From the NCBI GenBank assembly GCA_964247055.1, contig OZ176054.1, positions 10,664,001 to 10,728,000 on the forward strand: a stretch of DNA of 64,000 nt, read 5' to 3'. Below, piece after piece: positions 40,427 to 54,681 of the stretch. Each line of letters opens with the position of its first letter. Positions within the stretch are counted from its first letter, which is position 1. The stretch comes from Paragordius varius (Eukaryota > Animalia > Nematomorpha). The notes beneath the pieces are model-generated. The model ran no database searches. It was not told the origin of the DNA and saw only the letters and a program-made list of their open reading frames with translations. The translations under genes were made by a program, and so were the position numbers.

Positions 40427-43400
40427 ATGTGCGGTATATTTTTCGCTCTAAATATTTTTAAAAAATGTGACTTTCTCCCGGAGAAATCCAAAGCACAATT
40501 ATTTCAACGTGGACCCGATTCTTTTGCAAACATTTCCATTACCTATAAAAGTAATAATTTGTGTTTTTGGTCCAGCGTTTTGCACCTTAGGGGAGAATAT
40601 GTATCCAAACAACCCATTCTAATAGATAATAATATTTTGCAATGGAACGGGGAATGTTTTGATGAGGTTTATTTTTTATAAATTTATAGTCTATTTCGGA
40701 ATCCCAAGAATTATCTGATTCATCCTATATTTCGAAAATTTTAAACGCAAAACCATTTAATGTACCCGCTGTTATGAGTTCATGCGTGGGCCCTTACGCC
40801 TTTGTTTACTTTCACGTATAAAAAAATTTTAATTTTAGCAAGACAGCAACATTTTATGGTTTGGAAAAGATATCTTTGGTCGCCGAAGTTTACTCATTTT
40901 TCTGGAAAAGTCGTCAAAGCGTTTGACCTTGTCATCTATAGAATGTTTTAATGAAATGGTATGTATAGTCATTATGTTATTAGAGTTATAAGGATGTTAT
41001 TCCCGGAATCTATTCAATTAGTCTAGATTACCCGCAAGAATTCGAATTAAAATTTTATCCTCATCCTTCCATATTGAATACAGCTAGTTTAAATAATTGT
41101 TCAGATATATGCAGTCTAACGAATTCGTTGGACATTCTTTACAAATTTAAGCAACATCTTATTAATTCTATAAAAGTAAGAACTCTCAATACCATTCCCT
41201 TAAAATGTCGTTTGTGCAAAAATGTTAAAAACATTCACTGTGAACATTCCCGCATTGCTGTCCTTTTTAGTGGTGGAATTGATTGCCTTATCTTAACACT
41301 TTTACTTGATGAGTAAATATTTAGTTTATTTTATACAGAAACAAACATCTTTTTATAAAACACGAGATAGAATCTCTTCACATAAAAAATTATAGTTAGC
41401 TATAGATTGGATAAATTTTAAGTACGTGAAAATTTAACGGCTATTATATGCTAAAGAGTACATTTTGTAAATCAACATTCATTTCAGTCTTTCGTTTCGA
41501 ATTGGGGTGGTTGGGTACCCCAGGCTTGTTTAAAATTTAATTTAAAAATATGGGAGTAATCAAAACGCAAAAGTTTTAGCTTCCACTTATATAACATTGA
41601 ACCGAAATATAAAAAATTCACTCAAATGTTTGATATCATTTATTATTAGGTCAAATACATAGGCAAATTTGGCCAACATGACATGTGTGCATTAGCGCGA
41701 TTTTAAAATAATCAACTACCACTTTTTCTGTTTCTATCAATGTTATATGTGTTTTAAATATAAAATTAGCTTTGATTTTAGTTTTAAAATTAAAATAGGA
41801 TATCTTGCAAAATAAAAATGGCGTTGAAGTAGTTTGATATGGAACTTTTATTAATTTTATTTAGATGTTTCGGCTTTATTTATTTTTTTGTAAGTACTAG
41901 CATAATAAATTAGGACCGTCTGTGTCAGTATTTTTTCAAGAATATAAACTCAAAATATGGGGTATCTAGATACCCCATATTTGGATCGAAGTGTTAATGC
42001 GGATTATAATGGAATAATTCTATGGTTTTTTAAGATTAACCCTTTACTAAAATTTCAGCAAAATTAAATCTTTTTAATTTACTAATTATAAATAATTTGA
42101 GGGACCTAAATCAATTCTGATTGAAATGATATTATTGAGCCCCTAAAAGACCCTAATGTTGGTACATTATTAAAAATGCATGTTTTTGGCGCCTTACTTG
42201 AAAACATATATAACTATAATACTAAAAATTTTTAAACTAATTTTATTGTTAAAATTTTTTTATAGAAATTGTTCAATGAGGAGTATATTTTAAGGTTAGT
42301 TAATTATTTTCCATAACCCAATTTTGAGGTTATCTTGCAGACACTTGTGTCACACAATAATATCACGAAAAATTCCAGATGAAACATATATGAATCCTAA
42401 TCGATAAATGTATGAGGATTCTTTCATGGATTAATTTTAAAGATAATCCCGCATAAAATACCACATTGGTTTTTAAATAATATTCTAATCTTTTTCTCAT
42501 AATTGAAATCAGTTTATTTATAAATCAAGGTTGGTATATTTGTTGTTGACGTCTATTTTATTCATGACATTACAATCGACTTTGTCAATCCAGGGTACGT
42601 GAATCAGATCTTTCCAGCCCTTGCAACGAATCTTGTGGTGTTTCTTTTTTTAAGTAAACCTTTTTCTGTATGTCATAGATTGCTTTCGTGTCCTTGTTTA
42701 AGGGACAGAAATGTTTTTTAAGCTTAGGGATTATTATTAACTGTGAATAGAATATATTACTGATATTCACTAGCATAATATTTTTATGTGGCATAATGTA
42801 ATTTAGTTTTAAAATGGACCTATGTATTATCTATATTAAATTTTTAAGGGATGCAACAAATTAATGGATTTAAATTGAACTATAAATGATTTATCATTCA
42901 TTTTTTAAATGTGATGAAATAGTTTATTTTTATATTATTTTATGCAACCTTTTTTGTTGGGTTTCGAAATAATATCTGGTATGAAACCGACTTCAAGTCC
43001 TGTATATTTTTGAACTAATCGTTTGGCTATTTGTTTCTCAATCAGGCGCTATCTAAACCCTAAAACTGGCCCATGTTTATTATAACACCAGGAAGCCCAA
43101 ATTTGTCAGGAGCTAAAGGAATATTCTCAAGAAGTTATTACTCAAAATTTTGAATCCTCCTATATATCACGTTTTTAAAAATCTAAGATTCATAAACCGT
43201 CTGATTCAAAAACAATTAGCCAATCGATTACTGCGAAAGTAAGCGGGACTTGTCGATTTATTGTTTGGTCTTTGTTTTAAAATTCAATAATAAAAGGTGC
43301 TGCATACATAATATAAAAATAAAACATTATCGCAATTGTTTTTATTTAAATATTCAAAATTTTACAAATACTTTTAACACATTTTTTGTCCCTTAAAACT

Positions 43401-44527
43401 TTAATGTAGATATATGGGTTATTATTAATTAATGGTAATGGGTGCAATAACAAAATTATTTTTAAAATTATGATATGAATGAATAAAATAATAATGTATG
43501 TTACTTAAATCCATTATTCATAATCTTTGAGAAGTAAAACACTTTTGTTTGTTAAACATGGACACGAAAGCAATATATAACATCTCTAATGCAAAATTAA
43601 ATGTATGCAAGAAATTCAAAAGATGAAACACCACACGATTCATTGCAAGGGCTTGTAAAGGATATGTTCCAACTACCCCCTAATATCTTAATTTATAGTG
43701 GTATGGGTAAAAGACAGAGTCCAGCTTTATCCATACCAATCAATGAATAAAACTCAATACAACAAGGATTTCAGACCCTAATAATTTCTAGTTTAAATTT
43801 GGCGAAAAAAAATATAGTAATAGGAAAACGGCAAATATGGCATTTTTTATGTGAATCATCAAATTTAATTTAATTTCTAATGGCTTCCTATATATTTTCT
43901 GGTTTTATAATATAAACTTTTGCAAAAAAAATAAAAATAGTTTTTTAAAAAAACGAATTATGTTTATATTCTTCAAATTTCTTTCATGACAAGCCTGATA
44001 TATTTATCTATCAGTATTTATAAATTTTATTTGAATTTTATGTCTGCTTTGTGTAATTGACGTTAATATCAATACAATAATGAAGTGATTAATCAGTAAT
44101 TGAAAATGCTTTTTAAAAACAAGAAAAGCGCTGCATTTTTTATGAGAATAATCTTTAAATTTCATAGTATTTTACAATTTATTAATATATCTACAACTTA
44201 TTTGAATGGCTAATAATGACATACATAAAAATATACACCCCCAAATATTATTCCCTTACCATATAATAAAATCGGATCGGATAGCATTGGCTAATAGCTG
44301 GAATATCGATTTCCATATTAATAATGATGATATTATGAAACAAAATGTCAAAATTTATCAAAACTCTAGTAATCCATTTTAAAATTAGGTAGGAGGTCTT
44401 ATCATTCATGAAAGTTTTGTTTAAGGGATATATATTTTACAGATATCTTTCTAATTTTTCGATATAGTTAAAAGATATTTATGTATCCAAAAATGTGCAT
44501 AAAATATGCATACCTTTAAGAGGCAAC

Positions 44528-44595
<68 letters not shown>

Positions 44596-47500
44596 CGAAG
44601 TATCAATACAATATGCAAAAATATACATAAAAAATTTACAAACTTTGAGGTCGTTCTTATCACAGCTCACAGGAGTCTATCTTTGGAAGTTATATATATA
44701 CATATATGTCATTTAAATTAGAAGAAAATTATAATCATGAGACTATCTTGAACATATAGCTAACAATGGGCGCATAGTGTTTTATTTTTACTTGGAAACA
44801 ATAAGGTGTTAAATGAATACTTTATCATTTGTTAATAAATATTAAAAATTTTGCGATTATTTTTTCCGAACATATGTAAAAGGGGTCAACTCACAAAAAT
44901 ATTGAACCATACAAGTTCGATTTTAAATTACTTTCCAATTTAATTCGATATTATGCTTTTCCAGAACTTTATAAACTATTAATTTTTTATAAGAATTTTG
45001 GATACCAAAGAACCGATCGATTTATTGAATGTTTCGTTTGAACATATACCATCAAAATCTCTGCAAAATAATAAAAATGGAGCTCGTGGTTTGAATGAAA
45101 AGTAAATTTTTAATAACGTTTTTATTTTGATAATTTTTTTATATAATATTTTATTGCTAATTTACTCTTTATTACATCAAACTTTAACTAGAAAAACTGA
45201 TATATAATGATAAATATGATAATGAACCTTAGGTATTGATATTTTTGATTTTCTGCTGGCAAAAAGGTTTTTTAATTCTTATTTTCCTAGGGTGTGCCAA
45301 AATAAAAAAATTTTGTTGGGAAAAGCTTGAAATGATACTAATTAATTTTATTTTTTAATTATAAAATATCTTTAAAACGCCTTAGTATCTTATTTTTTTG
45401 GTGGAAATATGGAATAATCAACGTATTAATAATACTCTATGGTTGATAAGATATAATTAAGTATATTGGAAACAACTAGATCTGGGGTGTCCAACACAAT
45501 TGCCCCTACAGGCCGCATTCGCAGTATATATGGGCATCAAATATTTTATTAGATTATAAATGTAAATCTATAAAAACTACTATTTGTTTTAAATTTTTTC
45601 CCTAGATTTATTGCCTAAATTCGGAAAGATTATTATAAAAGTTAAAAAAATCAGTTTTGCGTAGATTTTGTTAAATTTTGTAATTAAAATTTCTCGGCAG
45701 AAATATTTTGGAGGGCGGCCACATGTTTAACACCCCTAATCTAGATATATATATAATTTATCGCACTTTATCTATAATGTTTACGATGATGGATATAAGT
45801 TTTTTAATAATATAACTCAGTGGTACTCACCAAAAAAATTTGACAGGCCAAATAAATATATTTTTTTTTGAGGGCCATGAATCTTATAATGGCAAATCCA
45901 TAGCTATTTGACACATATGTACATATATACTCTAAATCAGCACAATAAATTTTTTGCGAATCGCTTGTATATCCAGCTAAACTCGTTTTGCATCATTTAG
46001 TTAAAAAATTAATATATTTTGATTACAACATTTATTTTAATATTAACCAATAATTTTTGACAAATTTGGTTTCGCCTCATAGGCCAATTATACGTCGTGC
46101 ATATGATCATCGGTTAAGCGATTTCTGTACGTATTCTTCACATACTTCATTTTTGAATATGCCGTCTCACACATGTAAGTTGAGGAAAAAACAGTTGGAA
46201 TAACTTAAGCTCATTTTATATTTTCATTTTTATTTGGCAATCTTGCCATAACTCTAAATAACTTTCTTCTCTACGATTCTCCTTGAACATAGTCTACAAA
46301 TTGGAATCATTTTTAACTACGAATTCTTCAATGATATGCGCCTGATCAAAACCGAAATACTCAAGTTGCTTAATATTCAATATATCCATATGACATGGAT
46401 TTTTAACGAGTTTTAAGCGATTTCTAATATTTCTTAATTCTTGAAATCTGAATTTTATCTCATTAAATAAAGTTAAATGATTGTCTATTATTAAATTGAT
46501 CTCCGCGGTAAATTCCATATTTTCTTCATATATCATTCTAAGCGTTGGAAAATATAGGTGTGTTTTATTTATAAAATCTTGTTTATATATCATTAATTTT
46601 TCTTCAAAAGCAAATTTTTGATTAGTAAATTGGGTTATAATTTTGCTTCCATCAAGACTTGTATTAATACTAAGTTATAAGTAATGTCGCAAAGTTAGGC
46701 TAATGAAACCCACCATTTGTCACTATCAATTTCCTCGTCAATCCTGTTATTTCTTATAAAAAAAATCATGTCTTAAAACAATATCTATTTAATACTTTAA
46801 TAGCCATCTCACAGCGGTGTAAAAAAATATTCAAACTCCATGAAGATATCTTTCAGAGCGTTTTTAAATTTAACGGTGGTTTAATTATCTGCCACGGATG
46901 TGGTTAACTATGTCCACAACTGTTTTAATTACTAATGATTCATCTTTTTAAAACCAAGTTTTGCTGATGAATAAAGCAGTGAAAAAATATATTGTAAATT
47001 ATATTTGTTTTTCAAAAGAGCAATAAATCCTTTGTTTATTCCAATCATAGAGGGAGAGCCATCTGTGCAGATCAAAACCAATTTCTTAGATATATCATTA
47101 TTATCGAAAAAAAGCTAAATATTTCGAGATAATCACTTCCTTTCGTGGTATTATACATTGGTAAAAATTTTAAATATTCCTCGTTGATTATGTTGTCGTT
47201 GCAAAATCTCACGAAAAGAGCACATTGAGATGTTAAACTAATATCAGTGCTAGAATCAATAGCAATACTAAAGTATTTGCAGTTTTTCAGAGCCAATAAT
47301 GTATTGTTAAAAATATATTTAAACTAATCTTCAATGCGTCAAGCACATGTTGAATCAGAAAGTTGAAGTATATGATTTGATCTTTATTGTGGAATTTATC
47401 AAATAAAAAAGTGCAACCATTTATTAGATATTCTTTTATAAGATGGGAATCAGTAAAAAACGGTTTTATATTTTTTCCTAAAATATAGCGAATTTCATAC

Positions 47501-50500
47501 GAAGCTAATGTTACAGCTTTTTGCTGGGAGAAAGCTATGAATATAATAGATTTTTGTTCGGGTATAATTCCTTAATCTTTTTATATTTTTCGTTTCTTTC
47601 CTCATGATTTTCTGGTAATTTATGAGAATGATAGATTCTGAGCTGTCTTTCAATATTGTATTGATTATGTTGTCCTTACCTATAAGGCAGGTAACTATTA
47701 AATACGAAAAAGAATTTCTCTTCCCATTCTTTTTAGCAATTTTCATCGGAAAATTTACGTTTTTTAGCATTAGATGTCATCCTCTGAAATATTTAAATAT
47801 GTAATTTTTTTCAAAAAAATAGAAATATAATTTGAATTGTGCTATAAAAAACAGATCGAAATTAATGATGTTGATTTGAAAAATATTTTATGAGAATGAG
47901 TTAGTAAAAAAAGATGCAGGATAGCAATGAAGAGAATTAGATGCACGTTTGGGTGAAAAGCTTGCTTAAATACAAAAAAGGAATGCAATAAAAATTTCAG
48001 AATAGAAAAGAAAATAGAATACAGAAACGTGTGCGAAAATTTTGAAATCATTTTAATGTAGGGAAATTTTTTTAAATTTCAAATTGGATATAAAATAAAA
48101 ATTACAAATTAAATCCAAATAAAATAAATTAATATTTACATAAGCGAAAATTCTAAGTGTAATTTAAAAATTCATCAATAAAAAAATATTTTAAGTATCA
48201 ATATGGTTATAGGGCAATTTTAAAGCACTCTCAGGGCCGCATGCGGCCCGCGAGCCGCGGTTTGAGTACCACTGATATAACTTGTTATTCCATTAAGAAT
48301 TGTATTTTTCTTGAAAGCCAAATTTTAAGGATTTAATGGTAAAATAGGATTTTGATGTTAAATTTTGTTTTTCAATAAATTATTACTAAATAACTCCGTA
48401 TTCGATATGATCCACCTCATGGTATGCTTGGAATCTTAAACACAATTGTTAAAAAATAGTTTTCCGAGACATGATATAGCTGATTAAGCGAATAAGAAAC
48501 CATTATCTTCGAAAGAGTTTGCTTTATAAGTTAAGATATTTCGTAAAATTTTGCTCAAACTTTAAAACAATAAAATAATAAGCCATCAATGTAATTTGAT
48601 ATAGAAAATTATTAATATATATATTTTAAAAACATCTACATTGGATGCACTTTGACAGTTTAAGTTTGTATATATAAATTCATGCAAGAATTAATTCAGT
48701 AGTATCCATTATCCGGTAAAAACATTTAAGCGACTACTTAGTTTAATATTTTTTAATCAGACGGTAAATTTTACTTAATATTATTAAATTTCCCATTCAA
48801 AATATTTTTAATATACGTCAATTTGGTTTAGAAATCTTGGTGTGATAACCTCCACATGTTTTGATTCTCCGGACCGTCTTAATGCCATTGCAGCTGTCAA
48901 ATATTTAAGGCAGAAAAACAGAAGAGTTGACCAGCGTTGTCGTGTTTGGAACTTTGTATCCATAAATGTTTCACACCATGATTTGAAGGCTATGACACCC
49001 GTCATATCTGAGCTTATGAGGCCGGGTAGTGGGGATCCTTTGCTTGATTCTGGTATTGGACCAGCCCTTTATTTTGGATCACGGGGTCTGGGGCAAGTTC
49101 ACACAATTTCGAAATTGCCAGGATCAGAAAACTCAATAAACACAGAGTTAAATGGTGGTATGCATATATATCTAATTTATATATTCTATTTGGCTACTGT
49201 AGACTTGATAAATATGTCTATATCCTAAGATTTCATACAAGGGTATTTCTTGTACGTTTGATTATTTAAATTTTTTAACATGTCATGATAATTTTTAGAA
49301 TCTGCATATTTGGGGGGCCAAACTCTAGATATTAACAAACCAAAATGTCAAATACAATATCAGTATTTTGTGGCCTAAATTTTTTACATAAACAAAATAA
49401 TATAGCCCTGAAAATACACTATTCACAGAAGGGTTTTTGCGGTTTCGATAATTTCTAACATGTTAAAATATCATAAAAATCCGAAAAAAATAAATTAAGT
49501 TAAATCTTTTGTATATTTCCGATCATTTGTCTTACAAACATTAGGTTTACAAGCACAATACCAATTATAACTAGTAAAATTATAACTATTATCAAATATT
49601 TCACATAATATATAATCTCTTAATAATCAACTTTGCTTCAAATATTTAACCCGTTGCTTATAAAACGCCAAATTTTTTAAATAATTAATATTTGGAAACC
49701 GTGATTCTGGCACCATATTTTTATCCCTAAAAAGGCTAATATAGTTTCATCAATCTCAATATTTATTTTAGGTATGGAAACACTCTTTTGTGAACCCTCA
49801 ACAAAAGAAAACACCACCTTGTATGACAGTACAGCACAAATTCTTTTAAGTGGATTTGGTGCTGATGAATTGCTAGCAGGATATACCAAACATCGTACAG
49901 TTTATCGGTATTTTATAATATATCAATTATTTTACATTACAACGTTTTTAATCGCATTAATGTTTGCTTGCTTAGACGGGGTGGGTATCCTTTGGTGGAA
50001 CAAGAAATTGAAACGTCTCTCAAATCTATGTATATACGTAATTTGGGTCGAGATGATAGGTACTTTTTTGATTAAATATTTATATATCCCAGAATGTAGT
50101 GTTAAATTTAGGGGTAATGTTTTTACGTTGTGGCAAAATTTTTAGATAGATGAGAGGATGGTTTGCCGAAATCTGAAAAAGTTTTGTGGGTCAAAAGAAA
50201 TAAAAATAATCAAATGCGTACACATATAATAATTAGTATTTTGACACCAAATTTTTAAATTAAATCAAGCTATGATGTATTAATATAATAATATTAGGTT
50301 ACGTTTTGTAATAGGATTAAAATGGAATCCTTTTTAAACAGAGTTTTTAAGAGTTTTCTTGTAAAAGCAGCGGTCAGAACTAATAAAGTAAATAAAAACG
50401 TGGTAAATTATGGAATCAGATTTATTATGTATTATATTATATATATATATATAGATATATTGTTTTTTGGGGAATTTCCATATATCATCTAATTTAGCAC

Positions 50501-52604
50501 CTGAAAAGTATTTCGAAATCATCATCAATTAAATAATGAAAATTTAATATACTTTCAAATTAGGAACAATTTTTATATTACTGCTATGGTTGTTTTAACA
50601 CTTTCCACGTAAATTATTATAAACAAATACGTTTTTTAGAGCGTGTTAGCGGTAATAACCGAAATAGGGAAAACAGGTGTTTTGTAGTTTCTTAACCCAT
50701 TTTTTGGGCTTGTAACTTATATAATGTGCCTGAAAAATTTGAAACACTTTGATATATAATATAAATCAGGGGCGTCCAACCGAAATAAGGCTGCAGTGCC
50801 GGCAAATTTGGATGCCAAAAAAATAAAAAATTGTTTAATTAGTAAATTTCTTTTAAAAAATCTAGGTAAAAAATGTTTTTCTGAATAACTATTATCGACT
50901 TTTGGAAATAATGGGATAGCAGATATTGTTATAATAAATAGTAGTTATGTTGCGTTCGTAGTTTTACATTAGAAATCTAATAAAATATATATTAATGCCC
51001 ATAGGTTTTTCGAATGCGGCTCGTCGGATTTTTCGAGCAAAAATGATGCACAAGCCATATGTGTTGAAAACTTTTGCTATAATACTTGCTTACCCCATAA
51101 AAATGCATACAAATTAATGATAAAAGATGTTGATTCGGAGTATATTTGAGTTAAAATGGATAATAAATTTTCTGCTATCAAGTTGTTTTATATAGGTGAA
51201 AAATTATTAAAATTGAAAATATGGTTGAGTTGTACATAAAACATATATTAATTTTGAACACATATATATAAAATTATATGAACATATTAGATTAATTAGC
51301 TCACATGGAAAAGAAGTTAGATACCCATACCTTGATGAAAATCTAGTCAAATTTTTAATGAGCCTACCTATAAATCAAAAGGTATTATAGATCAAATTTT
51401 ATTTTTATCAATTATCTCCTATTATATTAAGGCTTAATAATATTTATTTTAACTTGTTAATTTATTGTGTATGAGCGTAGTTTTCAAAGTTGTAATATAA
51501 GTTAAATTATTATCTTTAAGGCATTTTAAGCATTTAAAATTTGAATAGATCATAGATTTTTTTATTGGTATTTTATATTTAGTAAATATCCAGATTATTG
51601 GAAAGTGTTTGTTTAAAAATTTTATTGATGTAGGATATTTTGGATAAATATTTATTTTCTTCCAAATATCAAGCAATATGTTGTTGCTAATATACTAATT
51701 CCTTAATTGTAAAACTATTTTAATTTGTTTTATCATCGAAAGCATCAGAAATTTATTAAATTTATGGAAAATTTTATATTAATATTTATTTTATCGCTTG
51801 TAATGCAAATGATCGCTATTGTTTTTCATATTATAGTGAAAAATTTTGCATTTAATTAGTTTAATTCTATTTGAAAATTTTAATGTAATAAATCAATCAT
51901 ATATTTTCAACAATCAAATAATTTTACCAATCAAAATATATTTATTACTAAACATTTTAATGTTTTCAACAATAACCATATATTAATAAGCTATTATAAT
52001 ACAGAGTAAGTAAAAAATTAAAAATAAGTACGTTTATATTTAAATATTTATAAATTAACGAGTTTTATGGTGGGGAGATACTCAAATGTATATAATTATT
52101 CTAACAAAGCTCAAACATAATAAAATATTTTCTACCTAATCAAGGGGTTTTTAATCTAATCTATACCAGCTTATCATAAAAATCTTTACTACTCTTTGGC
52201 ATGATGATTTTAATTAAACTTTATAAATAATACTCGATTTAGGTTCGAAATTAATACGGCATTGCAGAGAAAATGCAAAAATTTATTTATGTTAGAAGGA
52301 TCCAGATAAATCAATTATAAAAAACTAAAGCTTGTAACCTGAATGTTTGATTATTTGATATACGTAAATGGTTACCTGTAAAGATGTTTTTATCATAATT
52401 TATTAGTTTAAAAGCTTACTTTATTTAATTATTAATTAATAGGTCAATTTCGATTTACCGCCCGGCCAAGGTGACAAATGGTTGTTGCGGCAATTAGCTG
52501 TGAATGTCATGGGTTTACCTCAGGAATTCTCTTTTAAACCCAAGAAAGCTATACAATTTGGAAGCAACATTGCTAAATTGCAAAATAAGAATGTGATCTC
52601 TTAA
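40427..52604 (+). CDS. ASNSD1: Asparagine synthetase domain-containing protein 1
   Basis: Exons 40427-40666 (MCGIF, QRGPD, VLHLRG, QWNGE), 40690-40815, 40839-40958 ([12 protein letters not shown]), 40984-41312 (VLFSGGID), 44994-45101 ([10 protein letters not shown]), 48832-49157 (PDR, LLDSGIG), 49772-49907 ([13 protein letters not shown]), 49976-50059 (RNLGRDDR), 51291-51381 ([12 protein letters not shown]), 52443-52604 ([18 protein letters not shown]). All phases are compatible. Confidence 0.95.
41953..41982. repeat. Perfect 30-bp palindrome
   Basis: aaatatggggtatct|agataccccatattt, no spacer. Confidence 0.95.
42575..43670. repeat. Inverted pair of homologous ~200-bp segments in ASNSD1 intron 4
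   Basis: ttaaaca.ggacacgaaagcaat.tat.acat and gaaacaccaca.gattc.ttgcaagggct occur on minus at ~42610-42710 and on plus at ~43550-43660. Confidence 0.75.
45482..45738. mobile_element. Charlie-type hAT MITE
   Basis: Ends CTGGGGTGTCCAAC / GTTTAACACCCCTA; flanks aactagat / atctagat (NTCTAGAN-like). Confidence 0.75.
45818..48274 (-). mobile_element. Full-length but decayed hAT transposon (GTF2IRD2/SPIN-like transposase) in ASNSD1 intron 5
   Basis: TIR CAGTGGTACTCA at both ends; perfect TSD atataact; broken ORF pieces [41 protein letters not shown]. Confidence 0.93.
50767..51076. mobile_element. Degraded Charlie-type MITE
   Basis: Left end CAGGGGCGTCCAAC, internal gcggctcg, eroded right end gttgaaaacttttg. 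Confidence 0.45.
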
Positions 52605-52987
52605 TTTTTGAAATAAATAAACTATGATAAATTATAATAATTCAACATTTTAATACCAATTCTTTGGCTAGAATCGACGATAAGCTTTGCAAAAATAGAA
52701 TATTGATTAACCTAAATAAAAACAAAAGTTTTAAACACGCGGGTATTGATTTTAACTTTTCTAATTCGCTATTTTATCACATATCAATAATTAATGAAAC
52801 ACATTAAAAAATGTTAAATCTAATTTTAAATTTTTTTCTTATTTATGAACTGATATACCTTTGCCGACTTTAACATATCAAATATATTTATATAATAACC
52901 TAAGCAGGTCAACAACAAAAATTATATCAGAAAATACCTATTTTGGGTTTTTTCCAAAAAAGTTAAAAAATAAAACAAAATGAGTAA

Positions 52988-54681
52988 TCTATTACTTATA
53001 CAATTGGAAAGTGGTGACTTTGTGATCTGTTTCCGGAAAACCGGTGGACCCGTTCAAATCCAATGTCGAAAAAATATAATCATTAATGCATGCCCCGACA
53101 ATAGCTTCGCCCTTTTTTCGAATTAGGCTTCCAGTTCGGGTCCTTGCCGTGTAAAAAACGAGTTTTTTTGAAAACTTGTCCACATAAATAGTGTGTTTGA
53201 GACAATTTTCTGGAAAACGTGTTGGACCATTCGATTTTAAATATGATTTTAATTTACTTATTTTATTGCGCCGAACATAGTCGGCTCGCTTTTTTAATTT
53301 AGGCCCTCTTTTTACCCGGATCCCGGTGAAATGCCATTTTTTTCCAAGAAATTAAGTCCACAAAAATAATTTTTTAAATCTATTTTTCGCCCTAAGTATG
53401 AGGCCGTAATAATTATTTCATATTCCCTGTTAAAAGGCAAAAATTTGGGTTGAGCGTTTTTTATATTGGCTGCTAGGTAAGGAGATATTCACTAAAACTG
53501 CCCGTCATATCGAAAAAGCGTGCCTTTGGGGCTAAATCTCAGAAAATCTATCAGGTCATATGAGTTCAATAGTTGGTTAAAATAATACCCGTAACAAGGC
53601 AAAAATTTAGGTCGTGCGGTTATTCAGAATTAGCCGTTAATTAGGGCCCTGAAAAATGCGCCACCATAGAATGAATTTTTGGTTTTAAGGAAATTTTTCG
53701 AAAATCTTACGAAATATGGAATCAATCATGATTCCAGGTATTACCCGAAATAAGGCAAAAAAATTTAATCAATATTTTTGTTTCGCCACAAGTTAAAGGC
53801 TACCCGCGTAAACCTCGTCACCATATCGAAACAGCATGCCCTTAGAGCCAAATTTTAGAAACTAATAGGAACATATGGAGTCCTACAGATATTTCCAATA
53901 GAAAAGTAAAAATTTTGTTCGACGCTTTTTTATAACTACTCCTGGTAAGAAGCTACCGACCAAAAACTGCGCCACTATATAGAAATTGATTTATTTTAGA
54001 GCTAATTTACAGAAAATTTATGAAGCCATATGAACTCATGAAAAGATTGAAATAATATTACCCGTAACTATGTAAAAATGAAGGTCAGGCGTTTTTTATT
54101 AGCCGTTAATTTGGGCCCTAAAAATACGCCATCAATAACGATTATTTGGTGGTGAGGTATTTTTTTGAATTACCCATGAGCCGATGGTATAAAAGATGAT
54201 TTTAAATATTTGCCTATAATGGGAAAGAATTTATCAGCGTTTTTTTCATAAGGTCTATGGGTAGGGGTTACCGGTTTAAAACTGAGACGCCATACAAAAA
54301 ATGGCGTGGTTTTGGACCTAATTTTCAAAAACTTAAGAAGCCATACGAGTTCAGCTAAACAAATTTGTAGGGAATTTCTATAATATCATTCTTTCCTTTA
54401 AAAAGGGACCACGAATGATTTACTTTTTATATCCCTTGATCCCAGCTGTGTGAATATAATTTCAAAATAAAACCTCGCATGATTTCATTAAGCGAAAACT
54501 CAAAATAAATCCAATGATAGTTGAATATTACCTTTAATAAGGAAAAGTTTAAATATGGTCAATTTCGAGTAAATTAATTTTTTTTATCAAATATGTTTTT
54601 TATTATTTTATCTCCATTACCTCTATTTATTGCAAAAGAATGATTATCGACTACGTCACAGCGAAGCGTGGGGCCAGCTAG
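52988..54681 (+). mobile_element. Non-autonomous Helitron, copy C
   Basis: A|TCTATTAC start, gtcacagcgaagcgtg...CTAG|T end, no TSD; collinear with copy A; internal ~157-bp repeats. Confidence 0.9.

Noticed and set aside
44451-44721. ORFs with IYIYIY runs (also 6022-6216, 63373-63609)
   Set aside because: Translations of (TA)n microsatellites.
53480-54330. Regularly spaced repeats as a CRISPR-like array
   Set aside because: Whole ~157-bp units are homologous, with no unique spacers and no cas genes, in a eukaryotic context.
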